From: Candidatus Micrarchaeota archaeon | GTDB taxonomy: Archaea; Micrarchaeota; Micrarchaeia; Anstonellales; Bilamarchaeaceae | DNA length: 28,463 nt | Direction of reading: 5' to 3' | Assembly (NCBI GenBank): GCA_041694885.1 | Contig: JBGFRX010000014.1 | Span: 1-28,463, forward strand | Shown here: positions 8,217 to 17,148 of the stretch, in pieces | Layout: each line of letters starts with the position of its first letter | How positions within the stretch are numbered: position 1 is the first letter of the stretch | Notes under the pieces: model-generated | The model's database searches: none | What the model was told of the DNA's origin: nothing | What the model saw: the letters and a program-made list of their open reading frames with translations, nothing else | Program-made: the position numbers and the translations under genes

Positions 8217-8755
8217 AGTTTATATTGTTGATCGCAGTCCCTGATCAATGCAAACGCACCCGCACTTTCCAATTCCTTTTCGCTAATTTTTTTCGAATAA
8301 ACCAAAATCCTTTTTTTCCTGTCGCCTGCGATTTTTTTCACCAGTTCCAAGTCCTCGGTTTCCACATAATAATCAAAAACACTGTCGTTACGTTCGTCTC
8401 CCGTCTCATCGTTTATTTTCCCAACAAGCAGTTTTTCATTTCCTATGAATTTTTTCAGATCCAGTTTGCATGGCAAGTCCAGCACAGCCCGTGCCTTCAC
8501 AGCGAGCAGTTTCCTGACCAGTTCTTCCTTTGGCGCAACTTCCACCTCTATATTGATGAGGTAAGTCATCCTATCGTACAAATCGAAATTCGTTGCATTT
8601 CCTTTTTTCGCGTTCAAATCAACAAGGTGCAGCACTTTCACATCCTTGGAAATATTGCGCAAGACGTCCATGGGTTTCCCTGTCTGCCTTAGAATGCCGT
8701 TTTCCTCCTGGAATGCATCCTTGTCGCGCACAATCAGCCGCAGCCCTTTAATCAT
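8213..8755 (-). CDS. Short HisA/HisF-related protein
   Basis: LHLVDLNAKKG...NFD resembles the HisA LHLVDLDGA motif. Only 180 aa, and lacks the N-terminal PAID motif. Confidence 0.6.
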   Translation of the reverse strand: MIKGLRLIVRDKDAFQEENGILRQTGKPMDVLRNISKDVKVLHLVDLNAKKGNATNFDLYDRMTYLINIEVEVAPKEELVRKLLAVKARAVLDLPCKLDLKKFIGNEKLLVGKINDETGDERNDSVFDYYVETEDLELVKKIAGDRKKRILVYSKKISEKELESAGAFALIRDCDQQYKL

Positions 8756-8810
8756 AATATTACCCTAGGGAAACTCCTGATCTGGAATCAGGGGAGGAAT
8801 TGGGAGATTT

Positions 8811-8852
8811 GGTTTCCTGTTTTCAGTTTCGGGTTCCCGGTTTTAGGTTCTG
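8811..8852. repeat. Degenerate 7-bp tandem array (6 units)
   Basis: ggtttcc tgttttc agtttcg ggttccc ggtttta ggttctg. Confidence 0.8.
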
Positions 8853-8939
8853 AAATATGGCATAGGTAGGTTTTTATCCGTTTCCGGCTTAAGTTTAACC
8901 TGCAAATTACAGTCCGAAATCCACTGCATAGGTGATGCC

Positions 8940-10436
8940 ACGAAAACCGAAAAGCAGGGTGCACATTTCGCGAATGAGATAAGGGTGTTCGACACCACAC
9001 TCAGGGACGGTGAACAGACACCAGGGGTCAGTTTTTCGCGCGAGGCGAAAATAGCAATAGCGAAGAAATTGGACTGCCTCGGGGTGAATATAATAGAGGC
9101 AGGAAGCGCGATAAACGGCAAAACCGAAATAGAGACGATAGGGGAAATTGCAGGGCTCGGGCTCAATGCAAAAATCGGCTCTTTTGCAAGGATAAAAAAG
9201 GAGGACGTGGACGCGAGCGCCGAAGCCGAGGCAGATGTGATTGGCCTGGTTTTCCCTGCATCTGATTTGCACATTGCCGAGAAGCTCAAGACAAGCCAGG
9301 AAAGAGCGCTCGAAGAGATAATGAAGTGCGCGGAATACGCGAAAGGAAGGGGCCTTGAAGTGGAGCTAATGGCAGAGGACGGCAGCAGGGCAGACCCGAC
9401 ATTCCTTAAGCGAGTGGCGCAGGAAGCAGAAGGGGCAGGGGTGGAGGCGTTCTGCGTGTGCGATACAGTGGGAAGCCTCACTCCGGAAAAAACGCATAAA
9501 TTTTACGAATTCCTGAAAAAGGGGTTGAAGATGAACCTTTCGTTCCACGGCCATAATGATACCGGACTCGCAGTCGCGAATACGCTCGCTGCGCTTGGGG
9601 CAGGGGCGGACAAATTCCATGGAACTATAAACGGATTGGGAGAAAGGTCAGGGAACTGCGCAATAGAGCAGGTTGCGCTCAACCTCAAATTGCATCACGG
9701 TATTGATACGATAAAACTGGATAAAATACACGAGGTATCGGAGACGGTTGCAGGCTATTCGAACCTTTACCCTGCCTGGAACGCGCCGCTTGTGGGAAGG
9801 AATGTGTTCACGCACGAGTCCGGAATACATGTAGATGGGATGCACAAGAACCCCTGGCTCTACCAATTGTTCGAGCCGGGAATGGTCGGGAGGAAGCACT
9901 ACATCTCGCTCGGAAAGCTTTCCGGAAGGAAAAGCATAGAGTTCAAATTGAAGGAGCTCGGACTCGAAGTTGCTGAGGAAAAGAAGGTGGGGCTTCTCGA
10001 AATGGTAAAGAGGATGGGCGAAATGGGGCTGGAAGTGAGTGATGCTGATTTCATAATGCTCGTGCAGAAGGTGAATGGAGGCCTGGAAGGGGAACGGATG
10101 GCTATAGAGGAGATACAGGTGAGCACAGGCAACCACATTTCCCCGAATGCGTACGTGAAGATGCGCCTCGAAGGCAGGAAGGAGTTCGCGTTCGGTGCAG
10201 CGCTCGGCAACGGGCCCGTGGATGCTGCGATGAAGGCGATGGACAGTGCCCTCGGAGCCCAGGGAGCTGAGCTCACTTCTTATCATGTTGACGCGATAAC
10301 AGGGGGCAGCAATGCAAACGTAAGGGTGAACGTGCACGTGAGGAAAGGGAAGAAAGAGTTGACTTCCTCTGCTATAGGGAGCGACATAGTGCTTGTGAGC
10401 GTGGAAGCGTACAGAAAGGCGCTCAACGCACTGTAA
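8940..10436 (+). CDS. cimA: (R)-citramalate synthase-like member of the LeuA/CimA family
   Basis: FDTTLRDGEQ, HGHND, NGLGERSGN, HESGIHVDG and a C-terminal regulatory domain (GNGPVDA). EAGSA, LVxP and CVCDT match archaeal CimA rather than LeuA (EAGFP, HTFIAT, NxPDT). Start uncertain: ACG 8940 or GTG 8985. Confidence 0.75.
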   Translation, partial: TKTEKQGAHFANEIRVFDTTLRDGEQTPGVSFSREAKIAIAKKLDCLGVNIIEAGSAINGKTEIETIGEIAGLGLNAKIGSFARIKKEDVDASAEAEADVIGLVFPASDLHIAEKLKTSQERALEEIMKCAEYAKGRGLEVELMAEDGSRADPTFLKRVAQEAEGAGVEAFCVCDTVGSLTPEKTHKFYEFLKKGLKMNLSFHGHNDTGLAVANTLAALGAGADKFHGTINGLGERSGNCAIEQVALNLKLHHGIDTIKLDKIHEVSETVAGYSNLYPAWNAPLVGRNVFTHESGIHVDGMHKNPWLYQLFEPGMVGRKHYISLGKLSGRKSIEFKLKELGLEVAEEKKVGLLEMVKRMGEMGLEVSDADFIMLVQKVNGGLEGERMAIEEIQVSTGNHISPNAYVKMRLEGRKEFAFGAALGNGPVDAAMKAMDSALGAQGAELTSYHVDAITGGSNANVRVNVHVRKGKKELTSSAIGSDIVLVSVEAYRKALNAL

Positions 10437-10466
10437 TGATTACGAAAACGGATGAAGGTGATTTTG

Positions 10467-11456
10467 ATGGTGAAGGTATTGCACGACGAGGATGCGGACA
10501 TGTCCGTGCTCGAACGGAAGATGGTTGCGGTAATTGGATACGGGAACCAGGGCTCTGCGCAAGCGCAGATGATGCGCGATTCCGGGGTGAACGTGATAAT
10601 AGGGCTGAGGCCTGACGGCGAGTCCGCGAAAAGGGCGCAGGCGGACGGTTTCAATGTGCTTCCGATATCCGAAGCAGCGGAGAAGGCGGACATAATACAT
10701 ATTCTTCTCCCTGACGAGCACCATGGCAAGGTGTACAAGGAGCACATAAGGAAGCACATGAAAAAAGGCAAGGTGCTTTCCTGCAGCCATGGCTTCAATA
10801 TCGTGTTCAGGCAGATAGTCCCTCCTGTGGACGTGGACGTGATAATGGTCGCTCCGAAGGCACCTGCCAGCGAGGAAAGGAAAGCATATCTGGCTGGCTT
10901 CGGGGTTCCGGGACTGGTTGCTGTGAAGCAGGATGGCTCAGGAAAGGCAAGGGAAATCGCGCTCGCGATGGCTAAGACGATGCACTTCACAAAAGCAGGG
11001 GTTATTGAATGCACGTTTGAGCAGGAGGCGTACGAAGACCTTTTCGGAGAGCAGACCGTGCTGTGCGGAGGAACTGTTGAACTGATCAAGGCGGGATTCG
11101 AAATTCTTGTGGAAGCCGGCTACCCTCCTGAGATGGCTTATTTCGAGTGCCTCCACGAACTCAAATTGATTGTTGACCTGATGTATGAGGGCGGGATAGA
11201 GAAGATGAATTCCGTTATTTCAAATACTGCAGAATGGGGCGAATACACCACTGGCCCTAAGATAATAAACGCTTCTGTGAAGAAGCGCATGAAAAAGGCG
11301 CTCAAGGACATAGAAAGCGGCAAGTTCGCAAGGAAATGGATGAAGGAGGCAAGGAGCGGCTGCCCTAATCTTCTCAGGAAAAGGGAGGAGCTCAGGAACC
11401 ACCAGATAGAGGTCGTGGGAAGGCAGATAAGGGAATTATTCGAGAAGAAAAAATAA
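10467..11456 (+). CDS. ilvC: Ketol-acid reductoisomerase
   Basis: IGYGNQG, SHGFNI, MVAPKAP, EDLFGEQTVLCGG, AYFECLHELKLIVDL. RBS GGTGA at 10457-10461. Confidence 0.97.
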   Translation: MVKVLHDEDADMSVLERKMVAVIGYGNQGSAQAQMMRDSGVNVIIGLRPDGESAKRAQADGFNVLPISEAAEKADIIHILLPDEHHGKVYKEHIRKHMKKGKVLSCSHGFNIVFRQIVPPVDVDVIMVAPKAPASEERKAYLAGFGVPGLVAVKQDGSGKAREIALAMAKTMHFTKAGVIECTFEQEAYEDLFGEQTVLCGGTVELIKAGFEILVEAGYPPEMAYFECLHELKLIVDLMYEGGIEKMNSVISNTAEWGEYTTGPKIINASVKKRMKKALKDIESGKFARKWMKEARSGCPNLLRKREELRNHQIEVVGRQIRELFEKKK

Positions 11457-11465
11457 TTCTGCGTA

Positions 11466-13115
11466 CTATGGCCCTTCTCCATAGCAGTTTTTTCCCCTGA
11501 ATTTTTCCCTATAGGAGCTGAGCATTGGGAAGAGCGCACGCTCAGGCGGCTTTGCTGCTGAAAGACGCCTGGATATTTCCTTTGCAGTAAGGCGTACGTT
11601 GAGGGTCCTGTTCGGAACGTCTATCTCTATAATGTCTCCATTCCTTATCGCAGCTATTGGGCCCTTGTTGTACGCCTCCATCTCTATATGGCCTATGCAA
11701 AGCCCGGAAGTGCCTCCTGAAAACCTGCCGTCTGTAATGAGTGCTACTCTTTCGTACCCGGCTCCTTTTATTGCATCAGTGGGCGTGAGCATCTCGGGCA
11801 TTCCAGGCGCTCCGGCTGGACCCTGGTATGGAAGCACTACAACATCTCCTTCTGATATTTTCCCTTTTTCTATTGCTTCAAGAAGTGCATCTTCTGTGTA
11901 AAAGACCTTCGCAGGACCTGTATGCTTCATCAGGGAAGGATCAACTGCTGTCCGCTTAAGGACAGAACTCATGGCAATGTTCCCTTTCAGCACAGCAATT
12001 CCGCCTTCCTTCATGTAAGCGTTTTCAAGAGTCCTTATCACGCTGTTGTCCAAGGCCTTTCCTTCGGCTGCTATTTCCTTCACGGATTTTAAATTAACAG
12101 TGGGTGAGTCCTTTATTTTCTCCTTCAGGCGATTGAGCACAGCAGGAACTCCCCCTGCATTGTGTATATCAGCCATTTCATGAAGCCCTGCTGGAATGAC
12201 CTTGCACAGATTAGGGGTTTCGCGGGAAATCCGGTCAAACATCTCCACGTTTATCTTTATTTCTACTTCTTTCGCAATCGCGGGAATGTGGAGCACTGCG
12301 TTTGTAGAGCCGCCCATCGCCATGTCCACATGTATCGCATTCTCGAACGCCTGCGGGGTCATTATTGTCCTTGGCCTTATCCCTTTTTTGGTAAGCTCGA
12401 CTATTCTCCTGCCTGTTTCGTACGCCTGCTTTTTCTTGAGTGGATCCAGCGCTGGAGTGGTAGCGCATTCAGTGAGCGACATTCCGAGTGTTTCAGTGAC
12501 CACTGCCATGGTATTCGCGGTGTAAAGGCCCACGCACGAGCCGGCCCTGCACGTGAGGCAGGGAAGCAATGCTTCTGCCTGCTCCTTTGTGAGCAGCCCT
12601 TTCTTCACCTTTCCCACTATTTCGAAACCCTCTATGGGATGGTGCTTTACGCCTTCTATTACATTTGCCTTCATTGGGCCGCCAGTAAGAATTATGGAAG
12701 GGAGGTCGAGCCGGCCTGCTGCCATGAGCATTCCTGGGGTTATCTTATCGCAGTTCGTAACTCCCACCCATCCGTCCAATGAATGGCTGAGCATCATTAT
12801 CTCTATATTGTCAGCTATGTGCTCGCGCGAAGGGAGGGAAAACCGCATCTCAACATGCATCGCTATTCCGTCGCACACTCCCGGGACGCCCCATACGAAC
12901 GGAACTCCGCCTGCGTCTCTGATTCCGCGCACCACTTCTTCACTAAGCATGTTGAGGTGGATATGACCTGGGATTATCGTATTGTAGGAATTCGCAATCC
13001 CTATGAACGGCTTGTCAGAAGCGAAGTCCTCCTTTTTCAGGCCCGCTGACATGAGCAGTGCACGGTGGGAGAGGGTTTCCACTCCTGTCTTTATCTTTTC
13101 TGATTTCAATTTCAT
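11466..13115 (-). CDS. ilvD: Dihydroxy-acid dehydratase
   Basis: PGHIHL, CDGIAM, NCDKITPG, GSC..YTANTM, GGSTN, GMPEML, LITDGRFSG. Start is ATG 13115 or 13148. Confidence 0.96.
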   Translation of the reverse strand: MKLKSEKIKTGVETLSHRALLMSAGLKKEDFASDKPFIGIANSYNTIIPGHIHLNMLSEEVVRGIRDAGGVPFVWGVPGVCDGIAMHVEMRFSLPSREHIADNIEIMMLSHSLDGWVGVTNCDKITPGMLMAAGRLDLPSIILTGGPMKANVIEGVKHHPIEGFEIVGKVKKGLLTKEQAEALLPCLTCRAGSCVGLYTANTMAVVTETLGMSLTECATTPALDPLKKKQAYETGRRIVELTKKGIRPRTIMTPQAFENAIHVDMAMGGSTNAVLHIPAIAKEVEIKINVEMFDRISRETPNLCKVIPAGLHEMADIHNAGGVPAVLNRLKEKIKDSPTVNLKSVKEIAAEGKALDNSVIRTLENAYMKEGGIAVLKGNIAMSSVLKRTAVDPSLMKHTGPAKVFYTEDALLEAIEKGKISEGDVVVLPYQGPAGAPGMPEMLTPTDAIKGAGYERVALITDGRFSGGTSGLCIGHIEMEAYNKGPIAAIRNGDIIEIDVPNRTLNVRLTAKEISRRLSAAKPPERALFPMLSSYREKFRGKNCYGEGP

Positions 13116-13151
13116 TTTTTCGCCTGTTTCAGAAACTGAAAGGCCCATGAA

Positions 13152-14090
13152 CTAAACGTAAGCGAGCCAGTCCCTATAGTTGCTGTCCATCCCCCGCACC
13201 ACTTCCATGTATTTCTTCTGCAGTTTGGTTGTTATCGGACCGCGCTTCCCTCCGCCAACTGCTTTGCTGTCTATGCTCGCAATCGGCATCACTTCCGCAG
13301 CAGTGCCGGTCATGAATACTTCGTCTGCTGAAAAGAGCTCCTCGAGCTCAAGCGGCTTCTCTTCTGCCTTCATTCCCATGTCAGCAGCGATCTTCATCAC
13401 ACTGTTTCTGGTTATTCCGTTCAATATGTCTTCCGAAAGCGGAGGGGTGAAGAGTCCGCCTTTGTCCACTATGAATATGTTTTCCCCTGTCCCTTCAGAA
13501 ACCCTTTCGTTTATGTTGAGCATTATCGCCTCGTCATAGCCCGCGTTCTTCGCCTCCACCCTCGCGAGCACGGAATTGATGTACTGGCCACACGCCTTCA
13601 CGTGCGGGGGGATTATTTTCGCGTTTATCCTTCTCCACTTCGAGAGGTGGCACTTCAGGCCTGCCTCCATCTTCTTCTCGTCGAAATATTTGCCCATGTT
13701 CGTTGCTATCACAGCTACGTTGACAGGCGCCGAAGTTGGGTCAAGGCCTATCGGGCCTGCGCCCCTGAATGCTATGGGCCTAAGATAGCATTCTTCCAAT
13801 CCATTGGTGCGCACCACTTCTTTTGTTGCTTCGAAAAGCTGCTCCACGCTGTAAGGCATGGGCATTCCATAGAATTTCGCACCCATGTCCATCCTTTCAA
13901 GATGCTCGCGCAGCCGGAACACCGCAGGCCCTTCTGGGGTCTTGTAGCACCTTATGCCTTCGAACACTCCTGTACCGTAGTGGAGCGCGTGCGCCATTAT
14001 ATGCACGGTCGCGTCCGCGCTGTCCTTCATCTTTCCATCCATCCATATCCTGTTCGGCTTTGCACCCGGTTCCTCCTTCGCAGTTGTCAT
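13152..14090 (-). CDS. ilvE: Branched-chain amino acid aminotransferase
   Basis: HALHYGTGVFEGIRCY, PLP lysine in VKACGQY, EGTGENIF, LNGITR, TGTAAEV. Confidence 0.96.
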   Translation of the reverse strand: MTTAKEEPGAKPNRIWMDGKMKDSADATVHIMAHALHYGTGVFEGIRCYKTPEGPAVFRLREHLERMDMGAKFYGMPMPYSVEQLFEATKEVVRTNGLEECYLRPIAFRGAGPIGLDPTSAPVNVAVIATNMGKYFDEKKMEAGLKCHLSKWRRINAKIIPPHVKACGQYINSVLARVEAKNAGYDEAIMLNINERVSEGTGENIFIVDKGGLFTPPLSEDILNGITRNSVMKIAADMGMKAEEKPLELEELFSADEVFMTGTAAEVMPIASIDSKAVGGGKRGPITTKLQKKYMEVVRGMDSNYRDWLAYV

Positions 14091-14205
14091 TCATACACCT
14101 AAGAGAAATCGCATGTGTATTTGTAGCGTTATTACTTCGGAAGACGTATCCTATAAATCTTGCGTTTTCGCAGCCCGTGGTGCTTCACAAAACAATAATA
14201 CACCT

Positions 14206-14607
14206 CTAATATGCAAGAATCTTCAGTTTTTTCATCTCCCTGAAACGCGCCCCTTGCCGGGTAATCACCGCTTCTATACCATTGGCAAGGCACACGCCTG
14301 CAACTAAATATTCCGCCTCGTCGCCATCGCCTCCTTTCGCCTTTGCTTCCGCATAAATTTCCGCGGCTTTTTCCGAAGCAGAAACATCGAAAGAAAGAAC
14401 GTTTATGTTTCCGAGCAGGGTGTATAGTGCCTTTAGGTGTACTTCGCTATTCCTTTTCAATGCTCTTATTCCGCGCATGAATTCGTAGACGTTGAGCGTG
14501 CTCGTGTAAAAAGTTGCGCCGGATTTGTGCTCGCCTATCTTCCTTATCGCACCCGCATCTCCCTTAAGAAGATCTATCATCGCGGAACTATCAAGCAGAA
14601 TTTTCAT
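14206..14607 (-). CDS. vapC: PIN-domain toxin (VapC-like)
   Basis: ILLDSSAMID, TLNVYEF, FD..A..AA.IY, ITR...F. ATGA overlap with the antitoxin gene. Confidence 0.85.
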   Translation of the reverse strand: MKILLDSSAMIDLLKGDAGAIRKIGEHKSGATFYTSTLNVYEFMRGIRALKRNSEVHLKALYTLLGNINVLSFDVSASEKAAEIYAEAKAKGGDGDEAEYLVAGVCLANGIEAVITRQGARFREMKKLKILAY

Positions 14608-14825
14608 ACATTCGCCTTATGCGGCTTAGTTTTGCGCGCCCGGAGCGCTTCGTTTTCCACAATTTCGAGGTCTTCCTTGTACATGTTGAGGAGACCATAG
14701 CAGCTTCCGAGGTCTCTTTCCCTTACCAGCCTCCTTATTATATCTGAAAAACTCTCGTCGCCTTTCCTGAGCTGCTTGAGCGTAGAATACACTTCTTCTG
14801 TAATGGAGATATTTATGCTACCCAT
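14604..14825 (-). CDS. vapB: Archaeal VapB-family antitoxin
   Basis: NISITEEVY..LKQL....ESFSDIIRRL, 73 aa, directly upstream of the PIN gene. Confidence 0.85.
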   Translation of the reverse strand: MGSINISITEEVYSTLKQLRKGDESFSDIIRRLVRERDLGSCYGLLNMYKEDLEIVENEALRARKTKPHKANV

Positions 14826-14828
14826 ACA

Positions 14829-14869
14829 TATATGTGTGCACATATAGTTTTATAAATAAACTTTAAAAA
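14829..14869. promoter_or_regulatory. Divergent vapB/ilvB promoters with a palindromic operator candidate
   Basis: Inverted repeat TATATGTG-TG-CACATATA (14829-14846). TATA-like TTTATAAA (14849-14856) about 25 nt before vapB, and TTTAAAAA (14862-14869) about 25 nt before ilvB. Confidence 0.6.
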
Positions 14870-14892
14870 CACTTCCCCCCAAAATACGGATT

Positions 14893-16602
14893 ATGAAAGG
14901 TGCAGAAGCATTGGTGAAAACCCTGATGGGGCACAGCGTAAAGATTACGTGGGGGATAACAGGAGGAGTGATAATACCGCTCTTCGACGCAATGCTCGCT
15001 GAAGGGGAAGGAATAAGGAACATACTCACAAGGCACGAACAGGGAGCTGCGCATGCAGCAGAGGGATATGCAAGGGCGCTCGGCAGGCCCGGCGTGTGCA
15101 TAGGAACGAGCGGGCCAGGAGCAACTAACCTTGTTACTGGGATAATGGATGCATATATGGATTCAGTGCCCATCATCGCGTTCGGCGGCCAGGTCGCAAC
15201 CCATCTGATAGGCAACGATGCATTCCAGGAAACTGACATGTTCGGAATAACCATGCCCATAACCAAGCACAGCTTCGCGCTGCGCAACTCCAACGAAGTG
15301 ATTCCCACAGTGATGAAAGCATTCAAAATCTCCACAGAAGGAAGGCCAGGACCTGTTTATATAGATATCCCGGTGGATGTGCTCAAAGGAGAAATTACAG
15401 AGGAAGCGCCCAGAGAAGTGAAGATAGTTGGCTTCAATCCACGCACCCTTCCGAACCAAAGGCAGGTGCTGCGTGCAGCAGAGCTCATGCTGAATGCGGA
15501 GCGGCCGCTCATAGTTGCAGGAGGAGGAGTTATACACTCGAATGCATCGCGCGAGCTCGCGGAATTGGCGGAATCCCTGCTCATTCCAGTTGCGACCACG
15601 ATGCAGGGCAAGGGCTGCTTTGACGAAAGGCATCCGCTCTGCTTGGGAATGGTAGGAATGCATGGGAAAAAGATAGCGAACTACGCACAGATGAACGCGG
15701 ATTTGATAATAGCGACAGGGGTGAGGTTCTCAGACAGGATTACAGGAAACCTCTCGAGCTATGCGGAGAATGCGAAAATAGTGCACATAGATATAGACCC
15801 TGCTGAAATAGGGAAGAACGTGAAGGTTGAGGTTCCAATAGTGGGAGATGCGAAAAACACCCTTTTCGCTTTGCTCGCTACTGCAAGGAAAATGGCGAAG
15901 AAAAGGGAGAAAAGTACGTGGAGCGAGAAAGTCGCGCAGTTCAAGGAGATATGCGACAGGTGCGTGCCCATGCCTGAAGGCAAGGCAGTGCACCCGAGGC
16001 AGATAATACATGCGCTCAATTCCCTTCTCAAGCCGGAAGACATAGTAACCACTGGGGTTGGTCAGCACCAGATGTTCGCTGCACACTTCCTCGCCCGCTC
16101 CATGCCCCGCACATTTATTTCTTCAGGAGGCGCTGGCACGATGGGCTACGGGGTTCCCGCTGCCATGGGTGCGAAGATGGCGATGCCCGGCAGGAGGGTG
16201 GTTTGCGTTGACGGAGACGGGTCTTTCCAGATGAACATACAGGAATTGGGGACGATAAGGGAGAACAGCATAAACATAACGCCCATAATATTCAACAATT
16301 CTTACCTCGGGATGGTGCGGCAGTGGCTCGAAATATTCTACGGAAAAAGGTATGCGCAGGTCAATCTCGGAAAGAGCGTACAGTTCGCGAAAATCGCAGA
16401 GGCATATGGACTCAATGGCGAGACGGTGGAGCGTGTGTCCGAGCTGAAAGAGAAAATAGGGAACGCGATAAATGCAGATAAGGCAACTGTAGTGGATGTA
16501 CGCATAGAGGAAGAATCGAATATACTTCCGATGCTTCCTCCTGGAGGGCATTTGCAGCAAATGTTCGGGACTTGCATAAAAAGCCCTGACGAGTGGTTTT
16601 AA
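14893..16602 (+). CDS. ilvB: Acetolactate synthase large subunit
   Basis: TRHEQGAAHAAEGY, TSGPGATN, DAFQE, RFSDR, GQHQM, GDGSFQMN...NN ThDP motif. Confidence 0.97.
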   Translation: MKGAEALVKTLMGHSVKITWGITGGVIIPLFDAMLAEGEGIRNILTRHEQGAAHAAEGYARALGRPGVCIGTSGPGATNLVTGIMDAYMDSVPIIAFGGQVATHLIGNDAFQETDMFGITMPITKHSFALRNSNEVIPTVMKAFKISTEGRPGPVYIDIPVDVLKGEITEEAPREVKIVGFNPRTLPNQRQVLRAAELMLNAERPLIVAGGGVIHSNASRELAELAESLLIPVATTMQGKGCFDERHPLCLGMVGMHGKKIANYAQMNADLIIATGVRFSDRITGNLSSYAENAKIVHIDIDPAEIGKNVKVEVPIVGDAKNTLFALLATARKMAKKREKSTWSEKVAQFKEICDRCVPMPEGKAVHPRQIIHALNSLLKPEDIVTTGVGQHQMFAAHFLARSMPRTFISSGGAGTMGYGVPAAMGAKMAMPGRRVVCVDGDGSFQMNIQELGTIRENSINITPIIFNNSYLGMVRQWLEIFYGKRYAQVNLGKSVQFAKIAEAYGLNGETVERVSELKEKIGNAINADKATVVDVRIEEESNILPMLPPGGHLQQMFGTCIKSPDEWF

Positions 16603-16653
16603 CATGCTGCGCTGCTATTACTGCAATTCGCAACGCGCTTTCATGGTGTTCTG

Positions 16654-17142
16654 ATGAAAACGAAAAAGCACATAATTTCGATGACTGTGGAGGACCAGCC
16701 CGGAGTGCTAACCAGGATAGCCGGCCTTTTCGCGCGCCGCTCCTTCAACATAGACACCATCACAGTAGGCAAGAGCGAAAAGCAGGGAGTGAGCAAGATG
16801 GTCATTACGGTTTTCGGGGACGACCAGGACTTGGAGCAGGTGGAGAAGCAGATAAACAAGCTCATAGATACGATAAAGGTCTCGGAAATGCCCAAGGAAA
16901 GTTCGCTCGTGGCAGAGCTGTGCCTGATAAAGGTCTCGGTCTCCGACAAGAGGGCAAGGGACGACATAATGAGCTACGCGAATGTGTACAATGCGAAGAT
17001 AGCGGGCATGAGCGAGAAAAGCGCAACGATGCAGATCGTTGGAAGCCCTGAGGAAATAGAATCGTACATACGGCTCATGCTGCCTTTTGGGATAAAGGAG
17101 CTGAGCAGGACAGGGGTTACTGCGATTTCCAAGGACTGGTGA
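16654..17142 (+). CDS. ilvH: Acetolactate synthase small regulatory subunit
   Basis: PGVLTRIAGLFARRSFNI, EQVEKQINKLID, ELSRTG. Confidence 0.95.
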   Translation: MKTKKHIISMTVEDQPGVLTRIAGLFARRSFNIDTITVGKSEKQGVSKMVITVFGDDQDLEQVEKQINKLIDTIKVSEMPKESSLVAELCLIKVSVSDKRARDDIMSYANVYNAKIAGMSEKSATMQIVGSPEEIESYIRLMLPFGIKELSRTGVTAISKDW

Positions 17143-17148
17143 GTTATT

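Noticed and set aside
8935..8982. Attenuator leader peptide for the BCAA genes
   Set aside because: The peptide has only one Val and one Ile, no Leu run, and no terminator hairpin follows.
14093..14205. ATACACCT direct repeat and a 14-codon ORF between vapC and ilvE
   Set aside because: The repeat is the RBS-like AGGTGTAT and does not flank the TA module; the ORF is too short to support.
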